From the NCBI GenBank assembly GCA_051294905.1, contig CM119371.1, forward strand, positions 10,542,001-10,606,000: 64,000 bases of DNA, in the 5' to 3' direction. Below are positions 11,841-25,205 of this stretch, piece by piece; position 1 is the first letter of the stretch, and each line of letters begins with the position of its first letter. The notes under the pieces were generated by a model. It searched no databases and was not told the DNA's origin. It saw only the letters and a list, made by a program, of their open reading frames with translations. Source of the DNA: Botryllus schlosseri (taxonomy: Eukaryota). The position numbers and the translations under genes were made by a program.

Positions 11841-13430
11841 CAATGGCGGACAACTTCTCTAGTCAGCGGGCCGGATATGGGAGAATGGAGTACTTGGTGG
11901 TAGGGATGGTGTGGACCAGAGGTCACGTTCGCGTTCTGTGTGTGGACCGCTGGAAGTTTGCGGTTCGCGTTCACAAACGACATTGGTAGATTCGGAACTG
12001 TGAACCTTTTTCGCGTGATACAATTTTTCACGTCAATATAACGTCTTTGGTTGGCATTCTTTGCATTCAACTTCGGATCTCTGTCCGCATCACGCTGGCA
12101 GCATGAAACGAAATTCAGTTTGCTGATTTCAAAAACTATTTGCTCGAAAGTTTGCTCGGAATATTCAGCTCGCCGTTGAGAATATATTTAGTTAGTAACT
12201 CTCTGATGTGAGCTTTGCCGCCAACAAACAATAGAATAGTACATTCATATTGAAATGAACCCGAATATTTTCGGCTGACACTCGTCAGGGGTAATCGTCA
12301 GCAACTAGTAGATAATTCAAAAGAACATCGTATACCAACAATCGTAGCACAAAATATGACGTCACCAGCATGAAATGTACTATTTTTAGACGATACACGA
12401 ACTCTTTTTGTTGACACAGCCTTGGCTGGTGTATTTTGATAAATGTCGACTCCAAGGCACACTAATTAAAGTGTTAACGACCCTTTCCGAGTATTCGAAA
12501 TCTGTCGTCTCGGTAATTTTTCGCACAGGCGGGATTATTTAACAAATGTTTACCAATTGCAGAATTTATGGCCTTTGATTGTTGCTCATCAATCTTGAGC
12601 GGATGAGAAATAGCAAGAACGAAGCACACTGCATGTAGGAAGTCAGTGAATTGTGCTTACTCAACCATTCAGTTATTTACATTATTGAATTGATATAAAG
12701 AATGCATCGATGTTTCGTGTAAAAAAATCTATCAGGCGTACGGGAATGCATGTAAGAAATTAGCAATATGACGCCATGTGACATCACAGGTTCACGTTCG
12801 TGTTCAGACAGAACCGTCGAAAAATGTTCACGTCTCCCGAACCAGAACCTTGACCATCCCCACTTGGTGGTCCGGATTCCTGAATCGAAACAGTACTTGC
12901 GTATTTAGTAATTTATAGAATGAATTGATGGTATTTAATTTATACTTTAACGTTAAAGCAAGGAGACCGAAAACAGTATTTAATGAATTTATTAACGTAA
13001 TATAGGCCCCCTTTAATAGCTGTTGAAGTGAATGAGACATCTGTGGTCCATCAAAAGTAGTCAACAAGTTCTTTGGACTGTGACTGCATGACGGAGGTGG
13101 AAACTCTTTGTCATTGATGCGCGTGAACGTCGGTTAAATTTGAACGCAGCTTTATCTCTATGCAACGTTGATGGTCGAAAATGTATGCTCGCAAATGTAT
13201 ACAGACCCGTGGATCACATTATAATGTACGACCGGAAACTATCTGCGGGCCATATATTGTCCGTCTCTGGTCTAATATAATAGATTTTCCGATATTAGCG
13301 CAAATTCCCTACCTTCAAGTCATTTAGTGAAATGTGCCAGGCAAACCTAAACGATGACAAGTTACATAATGGCAATACAAAGTCGCTGTCAATATCATAT
13401 TTAAAATCCTATTTCCTTGTATCCAATATT
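11841..13430. mobile_element. Decayed Charlie/SPIN-like hAT element carrying a transposase C-terminal fragment (minus strand, about 13030-13210)
   Basis: Start CAATGGCGGACAAC...GCGGGCCGGAT. The minus strand reads GSVYICEHTFSTINV...KLRSNLTDVH (hAT dimerisation domain); the same fragment occurs on + at about 55975-56190. Confidence 0.65.
11901..12862 (+). mobile_element. Non-autonomous hAT element (TAGGGATGGT family) nested in the Charlie-like element
   Basis: TIR TAGGGATGGT...ACCATCCCCA; perfect 8-bp TSD CTTGGTGG at 11893-11900 and 12863-12870; GTTCGCGTTC subterminal motifs. Confidence 0.9.
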
Positions 13431-14450
13431 GCATGCCTTGGCTTCTTGGACTTTACAATACATTGATTAATCAGAGAACAGCAGACATGGAGTCCCCCGA
13501 ATGATTTGCTAAGCTAAATTGTTCAATGATCAACCGCTGTTCTTCATTTCGTTGCAAGGTTTAAAGTAGGACAGGTGGTTGATTTGTGCGGCCGTTATGA
13601 CACACACACCGACTCATGCAGGTCGACGATTTTTTGCTCGTGAGAAAAGATTATACTAATGTGCATTTGAAGACAAATTAACGGAGTGTATTAATAGGAT
13701 TATCATGAATAATTTACAAGTATTTTCGATCACAGTGTCTCATCGGTACCACATCTCCCCTACCATAAAATTGTTCTTACATTCCATGATGAATTTTTTT
13801 TTGCTGATCAGTGTAATTAATTCGCGATCTATTCATAACATTTGTGGATTGGCCGGCATCCCTTGCAACCCCCCTCTCGTACATCAATGTACTGAGATGA
13901 CTAAAAAGCGCACCACCTGGCCATGGCCCTCATAAGGTTAGCCGTTTCACCAAGCTTGTTGTGTAACATACTTGAATACAGTAGCAGGAAACCACTACGA
14001 AATGAAATTTCGTTGAGTATATCTTACAGTAAAATGAATGCCAATTCTAGGAAATCATAAACAAATTTCGTTAATCAAGCAACGTATTTGTATGTCATTC
14101 TATGAATTGTGGTGGCATAAAGTCAAAGGATATCTGACAGGAGGCAGGAGAGCAAGCGCAAAGGCTACATCTGACTACATTACATGAACTTTGTCTTCCA
14201 GTCAGCAATAGCTAGAAAATTTAACATTGTGATTTTCGATTCTCCGACAGTGTTAATTAATTATTAAGGTATATATATGTCATCATGACCTTTCTTATAC
14301 TAATGAGTTCTCGATTTTGAACTTTGCAGCATTGCTATCGTATTGTAGAAACACATCAGATCGAAAATCGATATAGTAAATAGTGCATGTTTCGACGCCG
14401 GTGGGGTTGGTACACTTGCGTAGAACTAGAGTGAAACCAATGGCACATGG

Positions 14451-15436
14451 TGAGGATGGTGTGAACCCCTAAAAGTTCTGGTTTGTGTGAACGCGAACCT
14501 TTTTGTAAGATTCTATGAAACGCGAACGCGAACACGAGCCTAAGGCTTGACGTCATAGTGGTAATTCCAATTCTACATTACCGTAAAGTAATTGTTATAA
14601 TGCATAAGATACCTAGCGAAGGCTCAGATCACATTATGCGACAATGCTGAAGTAGGCCTACAATCTACATGCCGACTTTTTAAGCATCACCAAATGTGTA
14701 CCAACGATACTGCTCAAATGCTATAATAATTCAATAAAATCAAAATCTTCCGTCGCTTTGCCAACAATTTCAATGAGGACTTGTAAGTTTTCATATAAAC
14801 TTACGTCATAATGGTTTAGACTAGACCGGTATATGTATTCGTGAAGCGTCAGAATATTGCTATTGCTTGCTATTGCTATTTATCATAGTGAAAAGTGGTT
14901 TCTATACAGGCCTTCTTGCTACAGATACTCCCTCATAAACAGGTTATACATTAACGAACGACCCTATCGGACGGTTATGATATAATAAACATATCAAGAT
15001 GGATCCCGCACGCCTGCAAATTTTTTACATTAGACAACGACCCATTCTTTGGTAGAAAAAGCACTATTCGCTGACAACCTGCGTGTAGTCTATTTCATTC
15101 TTGATGCTGTGTGATTTCGCGCGAAGCAAATAGCTGATTATTTCGAGCAAACTTTTTAACAAAACTAATAACTTTTTTTAAATTGGCAAGATGCATGTTC
15201 ATTGTTCGTATCGTGCTGTGAATTTCTTTTCATGCTGCAAGCGCCATACACAGATTGGTCCGAAGTTAAAATGCAAACAATTTTAACCAAAGATGTTATA
15301 TTGACGTGAAGAATAGTAATATATGAAAAAATCACATTGCAGAACTTGTCAAGGCTCCTATGTAAACGCGAACCTACAAATTTACCAGGTTTGCACACAG
15401 AACGCGAACGTGAACCTTACACTCACACCATCCCTA
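14451..15436 (-). mobile_element. TAGGGATGGT-family hAT element, inverted copy
   Basis: Ends TGAGGATGGTGTG...CACACCATCCCTA; degenerate TSD GCACATGG/GCACATAA; reverse-complement similarity to 11901-12862. Ends 174 bp upstream of methyltransferase 1. Confidence 0.75.
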
Positions 15437-15610
15437 GCACATAAGCTAACTTCCCACATCACCGATACTGTTATGACGTATGCGTGAATAATCCTCGTTT
15501 GTACTCGATTCTATTCAAATCCCTACAGCTCCCGGTTTTGCCCGGCGCCAACTATTACCATAGTCGTAATATTCTCTATATTCAAAGTTTATTATAATCC
15601 TATCATAGCA

Positions 15611-16468
15611 ATGTCCGCTCCACCGAAAGTTATACATGAAGATGCATTCAACAAGGAGGAAACGGTGCAGAATTACATTCAAAGTAGACCACGTGCCTTG
15701 ATGGATATTCCGGTTCGGATTGTCATTGAGCGACTTAAGCAATTAGGGAAAGTAGGTCAACGGCCCGCATGCCTACTTGATGTGGGGTGTGGCAGTGGCA
15801 AATTAACCAGATTGTTGGCGAAAAACTTTGACCATACGATCGGAGTAGACGCAAGTGCTCCTATGATATCGTACGCCATTGCTTTCGATAGCGACAATTC
15901 AGAAATTGAGTTTAAAGTGGCAAATGCGGAAAAACTGCCTATTGAAGATAATTCTGTGGACGTTATTACAGCCATGTTTGTTGTACACCAAGCCGACCTC
16001 GAGAAGTTCATTCCCGAATGCAAACGAGTGCTAAAACCTGGTGGTGTCGCACTATTTTACCGGCACCAGATATCAAAAATAATGTCGGCTGAAGATGACG
16101 CTCTACCCATAATAGAGGGACCGGTAAAAATGATGATTCGACAGCTATTGGAAAAGGCGAGAGAAATGTCGCACCCGACCTTTCACACACATGAGCTCCA
16201 TCGAACGCAATTTGACGCGATCAGCTGGGAAAAGAAAAGCAGAGAGATAAATGAGCTGGAATTTGCGCCTGGTTCCCTATGGACTCTTGGCGCATGGTCT
16301 CGCTTCTATCATACCCTTCTGTTCCATCAAAAATTGCGTGAAAACGGCTTAAATCCACTGGCTGAGCTCGTGGAAGCTGTGAAAAATACCTGGTCGATGC
16401 AGGATAGGGGTTCCAACGACATCAAAATTAGAGTGGTGTACAAGACGGTAATGATTATTTTGGAATAG
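15611..16468 (+). CDS. Class I SAM-dependent methyltransferase (Methyltransf_11-like), intronless, 285 aa
   Basis: Motif I LLDVGCGSG, post-I IGVDAS, AEKLPIEDNSVDVIT (motif II) and ECKRVLKPGG (motif III); intact ORF with a gap-free paralogue at 34121. Confidence 0.93.
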   Translation: MSAPPKVIHEDAFNKEETVQNYIQSRPRALMDIPVRIVIERLKQLGKVGQRPACLLDVGCGSGKLTRLLAKNFDHTIGVDASAPMISYAIAFDSDNSEIEFKVANAEKLPIEDNSVDVITAMFVVHQADLEKFIPECKRVLKPGGVALFYRHQISKIMSAEDDALPIIEGPVKMMIRQLLEKAREMSHPTFHTHELHRTQFDAISWEKKSREINELEFAPGSLWTLGAWSRFYHTLLFHQKLRENGLNPLAELVEAVKNTWSMQDRGSNDIKIRVVYKTVMIILE

Positions 16469-18384
16469 CAACATGTTAAAACATTCAATGAAAAATGGAT
16501 AATGTCTTGCTCATCTCATAGTGTAAAATCATGAAAATGTTGTTTATAAAGTTTCCTGGAAGTGTAATGCGTGAAAAGAGATGAATACCACATCTCGAAA
16601 CATCATGTGTCATCATTTAAACCGGTGGTAGGCAAAATGTAGTCCTCCGGCCGTGTCCGGTTCACAAGGACTTCGTTACTGGCGAAGTATAAATGCTCGA
16701 ATACTTGCTTTAAATATCACGAGAAGATTCGGAATTGCAGTGGTGGAGATTGCCTAAAATAATTTAGATTATCTTAAAATTAAAAATTTAAACGGGTGTC
16801 GTTATTCGAAACATGTTACTTTTGAAATTATTAGGCCTATATGACTCCCTAATGATTGCAATGCAAAATAAAGGGTGTATGTAAGTCGTATGCCTCAACT
16901 ATGCATTTGCATATTGCATTTGATGATAAACTACAATTTGCGCGACAATATTGCGAATCGTAACCGTCAGAATTGTCGAATCAACAAAAGTCACAGTTAA
17001 TTTAAATTTCATATGGTTATTTTTCGGTCTTGGTTTAATATTCTGAATAGTTTTCTTGTCTCATCAGCAGCCCTATACGTTAAAGAGTAAAATCGGGACT
17101 ATTAACATGGATCGCGTATTCTGATTTTGATAGAGTAAATTCAAGGCAGCTCCGTGTCGAATAGACAGGAATTACAATCATGAAGAGTCCTATCCCCAGT
17201 TCCTAATTAACTCGTCACAACTTTTGTTCCCATTCCCATTTCTATGACCGCATCGTGGAACCGCACCGAAAAGCGGTTGCGATGGTGTTATTGAATTATT
17301 ATATAGTCGTGTACATGTGTTGAACTCCCATAATTTTTGATAGCTTTGCGGGTAGCTGGAAAAGGAAAGCGTTTTCACCGTAAGAGCTGTTCTGGTTTGG
17401 ATGGATCCTAGAGTCGGTTACCAGCAAACAATGCTATGGCAAATATTTTGTTTCATATTCTTTCTTTACGTTCATCGTCATACCGTAGTGCTAAGTAACG
17501 TGTCCAGTGGGTTTGATGTTGAGTTTGATTGGATTGCCTTCGTCAAAGGAAATCCATGGATATCCATTCCTCGTTCTCTCAATCAGGTTTCGCATCAGTC
17601 AAGTTAAATCGGCGACAAGAATGGCAACACCAAATACTGTTGTATGTGCGAGAACTGAAATAAAAATTATGTTTAAATGAAATAACACAAAGAAACACTT
17701 TCAACTTATTCACGTTGGCAGTATGAATTTCCATATATAGTAAATTCCTTCAAGAGTTCGACATTAATAGCATTTGTTTCAGTACGCTACGTTTCGCAAC
17801 ACATATACGATCGTCAGGCCCCGACCTCTCGACCGGCAAATAAAAACAATCCGGTGAGAGTTTGAACATAAAACGCAATCTTTTCCTGGTGTGCCTACTG
17901 ACTTCGTTGATGTTGGCAATATAGGTCGTCGCATTGTAGGCATTTGTGTTCGAGCAGAAAACAGGTTGTCGCTATTTCACTCCTCTTTTGTACAGCCGGT
18001 TTACCGTCATAACACTCAGTAGGGCGGTTATTTTTTTACCTAAAAACTCAATATTTAATTCATTATGTCATTTTTGACATTAAAAAACTTGATTTTGACA
18101 AATATTTGCCATGATGTATGTAAATTAGGCGTTTTGCACACAGTGTTAAAATCGTACTACTTTTCTTCGTTTCTGGTGTGAACTACCTGTCCTTACGAAG
18201 TAGCTTGACCAGAAAAAACTACTGTTTCGTTTGAATGTTTTAACGAGACTTGAGTAAAGATGAGTAATTTCATATATTGCAAAATGCTTGATCAATTCAA
18301 ATGCCGAGTAACCAAAATATTAAGAATTAGGAGATTACAACATAGCTGAAAGCTCATGTTCAAGCCGAAGTTCTGACGGTACTG

Positions 18385-21300
18385 CACTGTAAAAACTGTG
18401 GCCACCTTACAGAGGTGTTTCAAAAATCACCCAAAGGAGGTGGTATTTTCTCCACCCGTAAAGGGTGGTGGGCTCCCCCACCTATTTTAGGTGGAAAATT
18501 TTCCTCCCCTATGCTATCGGTAAACCACCTTATCAGCCTATCCAGATATCACCTCATCCTATCCGGATATCTTCGTCAAACGACGTAGATGCGCACAACA
18601 TCCAAATTAAATCTTCATAATTCACGTTGACATAAATCACAACATCGCCATTATTCCAAAACTTTATTTTCAAATTAGTCACAGATTTTACCGAGTTTGG
18701 TGCGAACGGCAGAACTCATCTCTTTCAACAGTGTGCTAGAACTGATATGAAAGTGAGGGAATTTCTGATGTTTGTCGAAAACTGTATGTCGAATATCCAG
18801 TAGACTGAAAGCATCACTGCAAATCCCTCATGGAAGCTGTTGATATCTCGGACTGTCTCCCCATCAAAGTAGATGGCCCACTCCTTCTTTTCCACAGCAG
18901 AACAAATTGTAAGGTGAGAGAGAGAGAGAGAGTCTTTATTTTTCATCAAACCAAAATACATAGGTAGGCTGATCTGGGCATCTGAAGAAAGGTTTGGTAT
19001 TGTGATACAGGTTAAACACACATATTGGCAGCGTATTATAACTATTCAAAAATACATGCTCACTTGAGTAGTATCAAAAGACTGTCAAACTACTTCTACT
19101 TGTAGCTGGTTTACAACATAACTCGTACCGAGTAAAATTATGTCTTCCTACTTCTACTTCAGTATAGCCTTGTTAACTGCGTTTAACGCCTCTGGCTCGG
19201 GCATACGAACATTAGATGGACTTGACAACCAGGTGTTAGTCAGCAGCTCACGCTGACACCAACTTTTTGTCGTCACCATGCCGACCTCTTTTTGACCGTC
19301 CAGTCCTGCGGGCTGGACACCCTCAAAGGTTTTTAAATTTTTAACTCTGTTTTACTGCAACTGTCATGTTATTACTCATATTGAGTAAGTTGCGAATATG
19401 CATCTATCGAGTTGAAAAGTGGCCACCTTCGAAATACAGCTAAAATTATGCGTTTAGTCCTACTTTTTGAAAAAGCTGTACTACTCAAGATGAAGTATAT
19501 AACACTAACATGGCTTGCAGATCACCACTTATATACTTGTGATCGCCTAAATATACGGCGTGATGATCTGAATCTTGGCCTAAAAATTAGGTTATCATTC
19601 ATGCTGCCAATTGAGTGTGTGGACACCCAGAAATTGCTTTGCGAAACGCCATTTGTACACCACTGCTTCACTGCGACTGCGATGAAAAGGGTGCACGGGC
19701 TTGTCAACAGCAGGGCGTTTGAGAAGGAGTAAATATTCAAATGCCCTTATCTGATCGTATTTCATCGGTTGCAGCTATAAAAAATATGACTGCTCTGCTG
19801 TCGAATTCCCAGCCAAATGATTAGTTATGAAAGGCTGCCAGACTAAAAACGATTTAATAGCAATGGGATGTATACCGTTGAAAAAATGTGTTTAAACTAC
19901 AATTACATAGTTGCTATAAAATGCAAAGTTCGACTAGGACTGTCGAATCGTTCTGACAGTCCCGAATTATGTATACTTCAAATCAAACAACTGCTTGATA
20001 ATATCGATAAATATTCGTACCTGATCAGACAGGAAGAAGTTTATTTTTGAGGAAAATGGCAGATCGCATCCAGTCCAGATCGTCAGATTCTGTAATACAA
20101 AATACAACTAACTTACAGAGCATAAGTGTGTTGTTTGCTATGGAGGCATTGGTGTAGATCAGGGTTGACCAACCTTTTTGCTATTCACGGCCTGATTTCC
20201 TAATATTAAAACAGCACGCGGCCGCATTCCAGCGCACAGTCGTAATGCACCAACTTGAAGCCAAATATCCGCATTAAATTGTCGATTATGTCCATTTATT
20301 TTATACTCCGAGCTCACCTATTTATTCATATCGGCTTCTAAGGCTACAGGTTGATCCCCCTGGCATAGATCAAAAACGGCACAAAAACTCATGGCAAGTC
20401 CTGATGTTGATTGCTGTACAATTGGACATGACTAATGAGTACATATGGCAAATAATGGATCACAATTAAATACTTGATTGCATAATTGACGAGATCGTAA
20501 GTTCTGTTAAAACCAACAGCTCAGTTCAAAATTTACTATAACTCACCAGAACTGTCGTTTTCGTCATGAGTACCTGGCGTCAAATTGAGGGCGATTTCCG
20601 ACAGCACATCCTATGGATCACTCATTTTCTCGGCAATGCAATATTTACCTGGGTAAAGAGATGTGTACTTATGGGATCAAGGAATACTGACGGAACCAAA
20701 ATTGGCTTTGCAGCATTGCCTTTCAAACTGTGAGATGGCATGCACTTGTGTGGATATACAATATGCAATATGCATATACTTTACTTTTGCGGGCGTGGAA
20801 TAATTCGAATTAACTTGATAGGACATTCAGTACAGTGACACCGAAACTTAGTCTTCATGAAGCATTTTTGAAAGCTGTTGGACGTGCGACACACCACCAA
20901 TCGTAGTTCTTAAACACAACAATGTTTTCTCGCACCAGCAAGAGTCAATGTACTATCAATATTACGCAATCAAAAGCAGGTATATGAGCAGACTAGGGGT
21001 GGCATTACAAAACAAGGAGCGTACTGCAGAATTCGGTCCTACAAAACATGTATACCGACGGGCCACGGCTACCAGTGAATTATACGCTGGATAAATTCGA
21101 CAATATAAATGTAACGACTATCGCACTAGAATTGGACAACTAAAAAATGTTCAGCTAGCAGCAAGTAAATGATGTGAATTCAGTGTGTGCTTACTTACAA
21201 TTACTTGACATATTGCAATGTCCTCTTTGAAGACGTCATCATCTCCGACATCCGCATACTCCAGATCTAGATACTGGCCTAATCTTCTGTCATAACACTG

Positions 21301-21772
21301 GATTTTGAAGTCACGGTCATGGAGTTCACCTTTGTGTATTTCCGAAACCTCTCTTCTTATCTCGGAAGCGTCGTCGACAGTAATCAGCGGACAATAATTT
21401 TTTTAGCTTAACTAACAATTTCATGGCTACCTAAACAGACAGATTGATTAGCAAATGTTCATGAATAGCTGGTATCTGGCCTGCACCGTCATGTGATGAT
21501 AATCTAAATGGCATCTGTAGCTGTTGCATGCCGTGGCAATGTGATTGCACGATCCAATTTCACAGCCGAAGACTTGACAGGCTGAGCAAGTATGTCCAAC
21601 ACGATAACGCATTTCTAATACAAGCATGACAACGCCAATCCATAATCCAAAGCCAACTATCTCCCTCTCGTATACTCCATGGACTCACAAAAACTCGCTT
21701 CTCTTACTACAAAATTTGTCGAAGACAACTGTGTTGTCGGCGCCATATTTTTACCACCCGAACTTTTTAGTG
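18385..21772 (-). mobile_element. Decayed EnSpm/CACTA (CMC) element with a spliced SAMD3-like accessory ORF
   Basis: Terminus CACTGTAAAAA at 18385 with CCACC/GGTGG subterminal repeats; possible eroded other end TTTTTAGTG near 21764-21772 (uncertain). Minus-strand exon 21424-21199 (MKLLVK...DFKIQCYDRRLGQYLDL, frameshifted, GTAAGT donor) and a C-terminal exon at about 18680-18980 (SFHEGFAVMLSVYWIFDIQFSTNIRNSLTFI). Confidence 0.6.
20160..20362. mobile_element. Short Charlie-like hAT MITE
   Basis: CAGGGTTGACCAACC...GGTTGATCCCCCTG; degenerate TSD GTGTAGAT/GCATAGAT. Confidence 0.55.
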
Positions 21773-22237
21773 ATACAACAACCAATCAGAAGCAGGCATC
21801 AGTCTGACGATTTCATTCACCGTTTGTATCATTCTGACGTCACAGTAAAAATCACAGACCTAGTAACTCGCACCGTAACAATGGCAACAACAAACTTCTA
21901 ACTATATACGGTAACGGCATATAACTAACATACGTAGTAACCTATATAGTAACGGACGAACTACTAGTACAGCGGACGACCAACGGACGATTGAATAATT
22001 GTTGATTCCAACACTTTCAAACTGAACATTGAACAAATATCTGCTCCCCGCAATGAAGATAGAGATTTTCATTCAATGATTATGTGCACGGTTGCGCGGT
22101 TGGCTTATAACTATTATCTCGCTGTCTCTGTGTACCGATATGAGGGTCACATATTACATACCAATGTCCTTCCGGCCTTCATATGTGTGTTTAACCAGCC
22201 ACCTTGGGCACACGCATTAAATTTCGCGACAACAACC

Positions 22238-23176
22238 CAGTGTTGGGATCAAGTCACTACCTTCGAGTCACGAGTCATTTCGAGTCATTGAACATTTTGA
22301 CTCGAGTCAAGTCAAGTCAATCGATTTTCGAAGGTGACTCGAGTCAAGTCAAGTCACTCGATTTTTGGAGGTGACTCGAGTCAAGTCAAGTCAAGTCAAG
22401 TCACGAGTCAAGTCACATTTCGAGTCAAGTTGCCTTTTCAAAGTATGAGGCATGCCTACATCATTGCATTTTGCTAGCTGTCTGCAATACAGATTGAGTG
22501 GTCATTGATTCTGAACCGATGAGCGAATATGAAGTTAAATATACACGCAAAAAGGTGCTGTATCGCATACATATATGTAGAAATGCTGAACAACGTAAGT
22601 AATTGCATAGCCTCACTTTATAGTTACCAGCCAAAATAGAGAATAGAGAAACGAATTGATAAGATATAATACATTACCCATTTACAAATTAATATGATAC
22701 ATTTCGAGCCTGCGCCAAGGGTTGAGGACTATATAAACTATCTTCGAATTCAATTTCTATAAAACAAGAGGTTTGGTTCAGGTAATAATACAGAGAACAG
22801 TAATATACATTTTTCTATGAAATTACTGTACTATACTAGTTAACGACGGCGTAAGCTTCGATCACTTCGTTAGCGGTCAATTTATTTGTGAGAGAACAAT
22901 AGAGGCTCAGTAAAACGCACGAGCAATGAATGATTGCTCGCTCTCACGGGTTACACCGGCGTTTCGCGAACAATCCGATTTCAAGATACAGCGATTTTTA
23001 TCGACATCGATTGCTTGAAATTGACTCACGAATTTTGCTTCGAGTCACGAGTCAATCCACATTTCTGATACGCCGAGTCAAGTCAAGTCTAGTCATTTTA
23101 GCGAAGTGACTCGAGTCAAGTCAAGTCATACGAAAAAGGTGACTCGAGTCTGACTCGAGTCAAGTCATGACTCCAG
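22238..23176 (+). mobile_element. Non-autonomous DNA element (probably hAT) with GAGTCAAGTC arrays
   Basis: Starts CAGTGTTGGG; dense GACTCGAGTCAAGTCAAGTC arrays at both ends; inverted copy at 4367-5150. Confidence 0.8.
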
Positions 23177-23933
23177 TATGTTGATAGTAAATTCTGCGAT
23201 ATTAGTTGGCTTCAATGCTATAATTTGTATTATCAAATTTGTAAAATGCGCATTGACGCGAAATACGAAAACTACTCAAATAGGACGTATTGGCGTCACA
23301 TCGATTGATACAACGCAAGGGTCAAGGCCTCTCGGGGAGCAGGGCTTGACTTCGCCGAGACGGTCAATGGCGTCACAATCGGTACCGTACCACACCAGAG
23401 TGGAATCGGTGGTAACAGCACGCGCAACCTCAAACCATACTGTCCTATATGGTGTTGACACAGGCAAATCTCACGCCTCAGTGAAATTGTATCACGTCAC
23501 AATTTCCATTTGGCTACAGGCAATTTGACAGTCATTTTTGACCGGCTTGCCGAGCATTAAATTTGGTAAAACGGGTATCAATCGAAAGCTGACTCTGCAC
23601 TGATTACGAAAATATAAATTTTATTCCACTCGTGGCCCTGGAACTCCCACAATCACCCTCGAATTTTTCATTGTTATGGAGATTGGCATTTGGACGCAAC
23701 AATGCTGTCTGGCGAAACGAGAGAGTAGCTCAGGAGAAAAAGAGCCAGACGGCATTGTTGCGTCTGCAGACTGGTTTGATTAAATTTTGCGCTCTGGTAG
23801 CCAGCGCTAAGATTAAACCTAGTAGGCTACACCAGTTATATCATATAATCTCCTACATGCTATGATACGAGACTGACTCATATACCGTAAGCATAATTTT
23901 TTAAACTTATTTGAATAACTGCAGAGGATCAAG

Positions 23934-24372
23934 TAAACTTACCATATTTTGGAAATCTAAAAAGAGGACACTTTTTCAGAAATTTGAGACTTGCAGAACC
24001 AGAGAAGAATTCTCAAAAATCGATGAATTTTTCCCCCTTTGTGATCGGTTGACTAAAAAAAAGGTCAACTTTCCGCTCAGATCTCAAAATACCATTTTCC
24101 TGTCCACACTGCTAGGTGGTTGACTAAAAAAAATGGTCAACTTTTAGCTCAGAGCTTAAATCACCGTTTTTCACTCCGAAATACCCACCGGAGCTTCACT
24201 TCTGTGCTAATTTATGGCATATCACTCGCATTTTGCTCTAATTGTGACCTAAATTTTCAAAAAAGAGGACAAAATCTCAAAAAAGAGGACAAAAGGGCGT
24301 CCTCCGACGACACTTTCAAAAAAGTCAAAAAAGAGGACAAATCCTCTTAAAAGAGGACGTATGGTAACCCTA
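23934..24372 (+). mobile_element. hAT MITE (GGTTACCATA / AAAAGAGGAC family)
   Basis: Ends ..TTACCATA / TATGGTAACCCTA; TSD GGATCAAG/TGATCAAG. Copies at 49226-49551 (inverted) and 52102-52910. Confidence 0.8.
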
Positions 24373-24729
24373 TGATCAAGCCATTCAGCAACTCATATAA
24401 GATACAGCCCGGTACGGTCACCACTGTCAGGGTGCAGTTATTTCTTCACGTAATCATAAACTAGGCAAATTCAGGCTTAGTGATTGTCCCTGATAACATG
24501 CAACATTACAATGTTATAGAAATAACTGAAAAGGCTAGTATTATTATTACAGCCACCGAAACAAAATACTGTACACTACAGGGTTTTCCTTCCCAATAAC
24601 ATATTACTCGCTAAACTATGTACCGTACTTCTAGTTTTTACCCACACCCCGTACCAGTTGCAATTCCAGCTTCCAGCATTTACCATACACAACTGCAACA
24701 AAATTACCAAACTGCAAACTCGCGAATGA

Positions 24730-24773
24730 CTATAGATAACTAAGGTAAACCGGTCTACCTTAGTTATCTATAG
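24730..24773. repeat. 44-bp near-perfect palindrome flanked by 5-bp direct repeat AATGA
   Basis: CTATAGATAACTAAGGTA-AACCGGTC-TACCTTAGTTATCTATAG with 18-bp perfect arms; AATGA at 24725-24729 and 24774-24778. Confidence 0.85.
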
Positions 24774-25205
24774 AATGACGCGCGTTTCAAATTTCTAGAA
24801 TAGTCCGGAAGTCACGCTTGGATAACCACTAGGGTTGTTCAAAATTTAGAAAATGTTTGGAATACTGCGTATCCATGGCTTATTCTGTAGATTATTGTTT
24901 AAAAAAAAACAATAATGGGCCTGAAAAAAGCTCGCAGGAAAGTCTAAATGTTAACGCCATGGTTCCTTGCAGCTTCGATGATATATTGTCTATTAGTTGA
25001 GTATCTCGGACATTTTAGCATGAAATGTTCCACTGATTCAGGCTGTGCGCACAATTCACATAATCCATTTTCATGGCATTCGGATTCGGGTGCTTCGCTT
25101 TACTAAATTGAAAGTCTGTTTTGTTGTGGTCGAGGCTGTTAGTAGAGGCTATGGTTCTGTTCAAGCGCGTTGTGGGTTGATGAATCATTAGTAGTACAGT
25201 AACTA

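Noticed and set aside
17130..17620. Coding-looking stretch downstream of methyltransferase 1
   Set aside because: Stops in the frames examined and no identifiable family motif.
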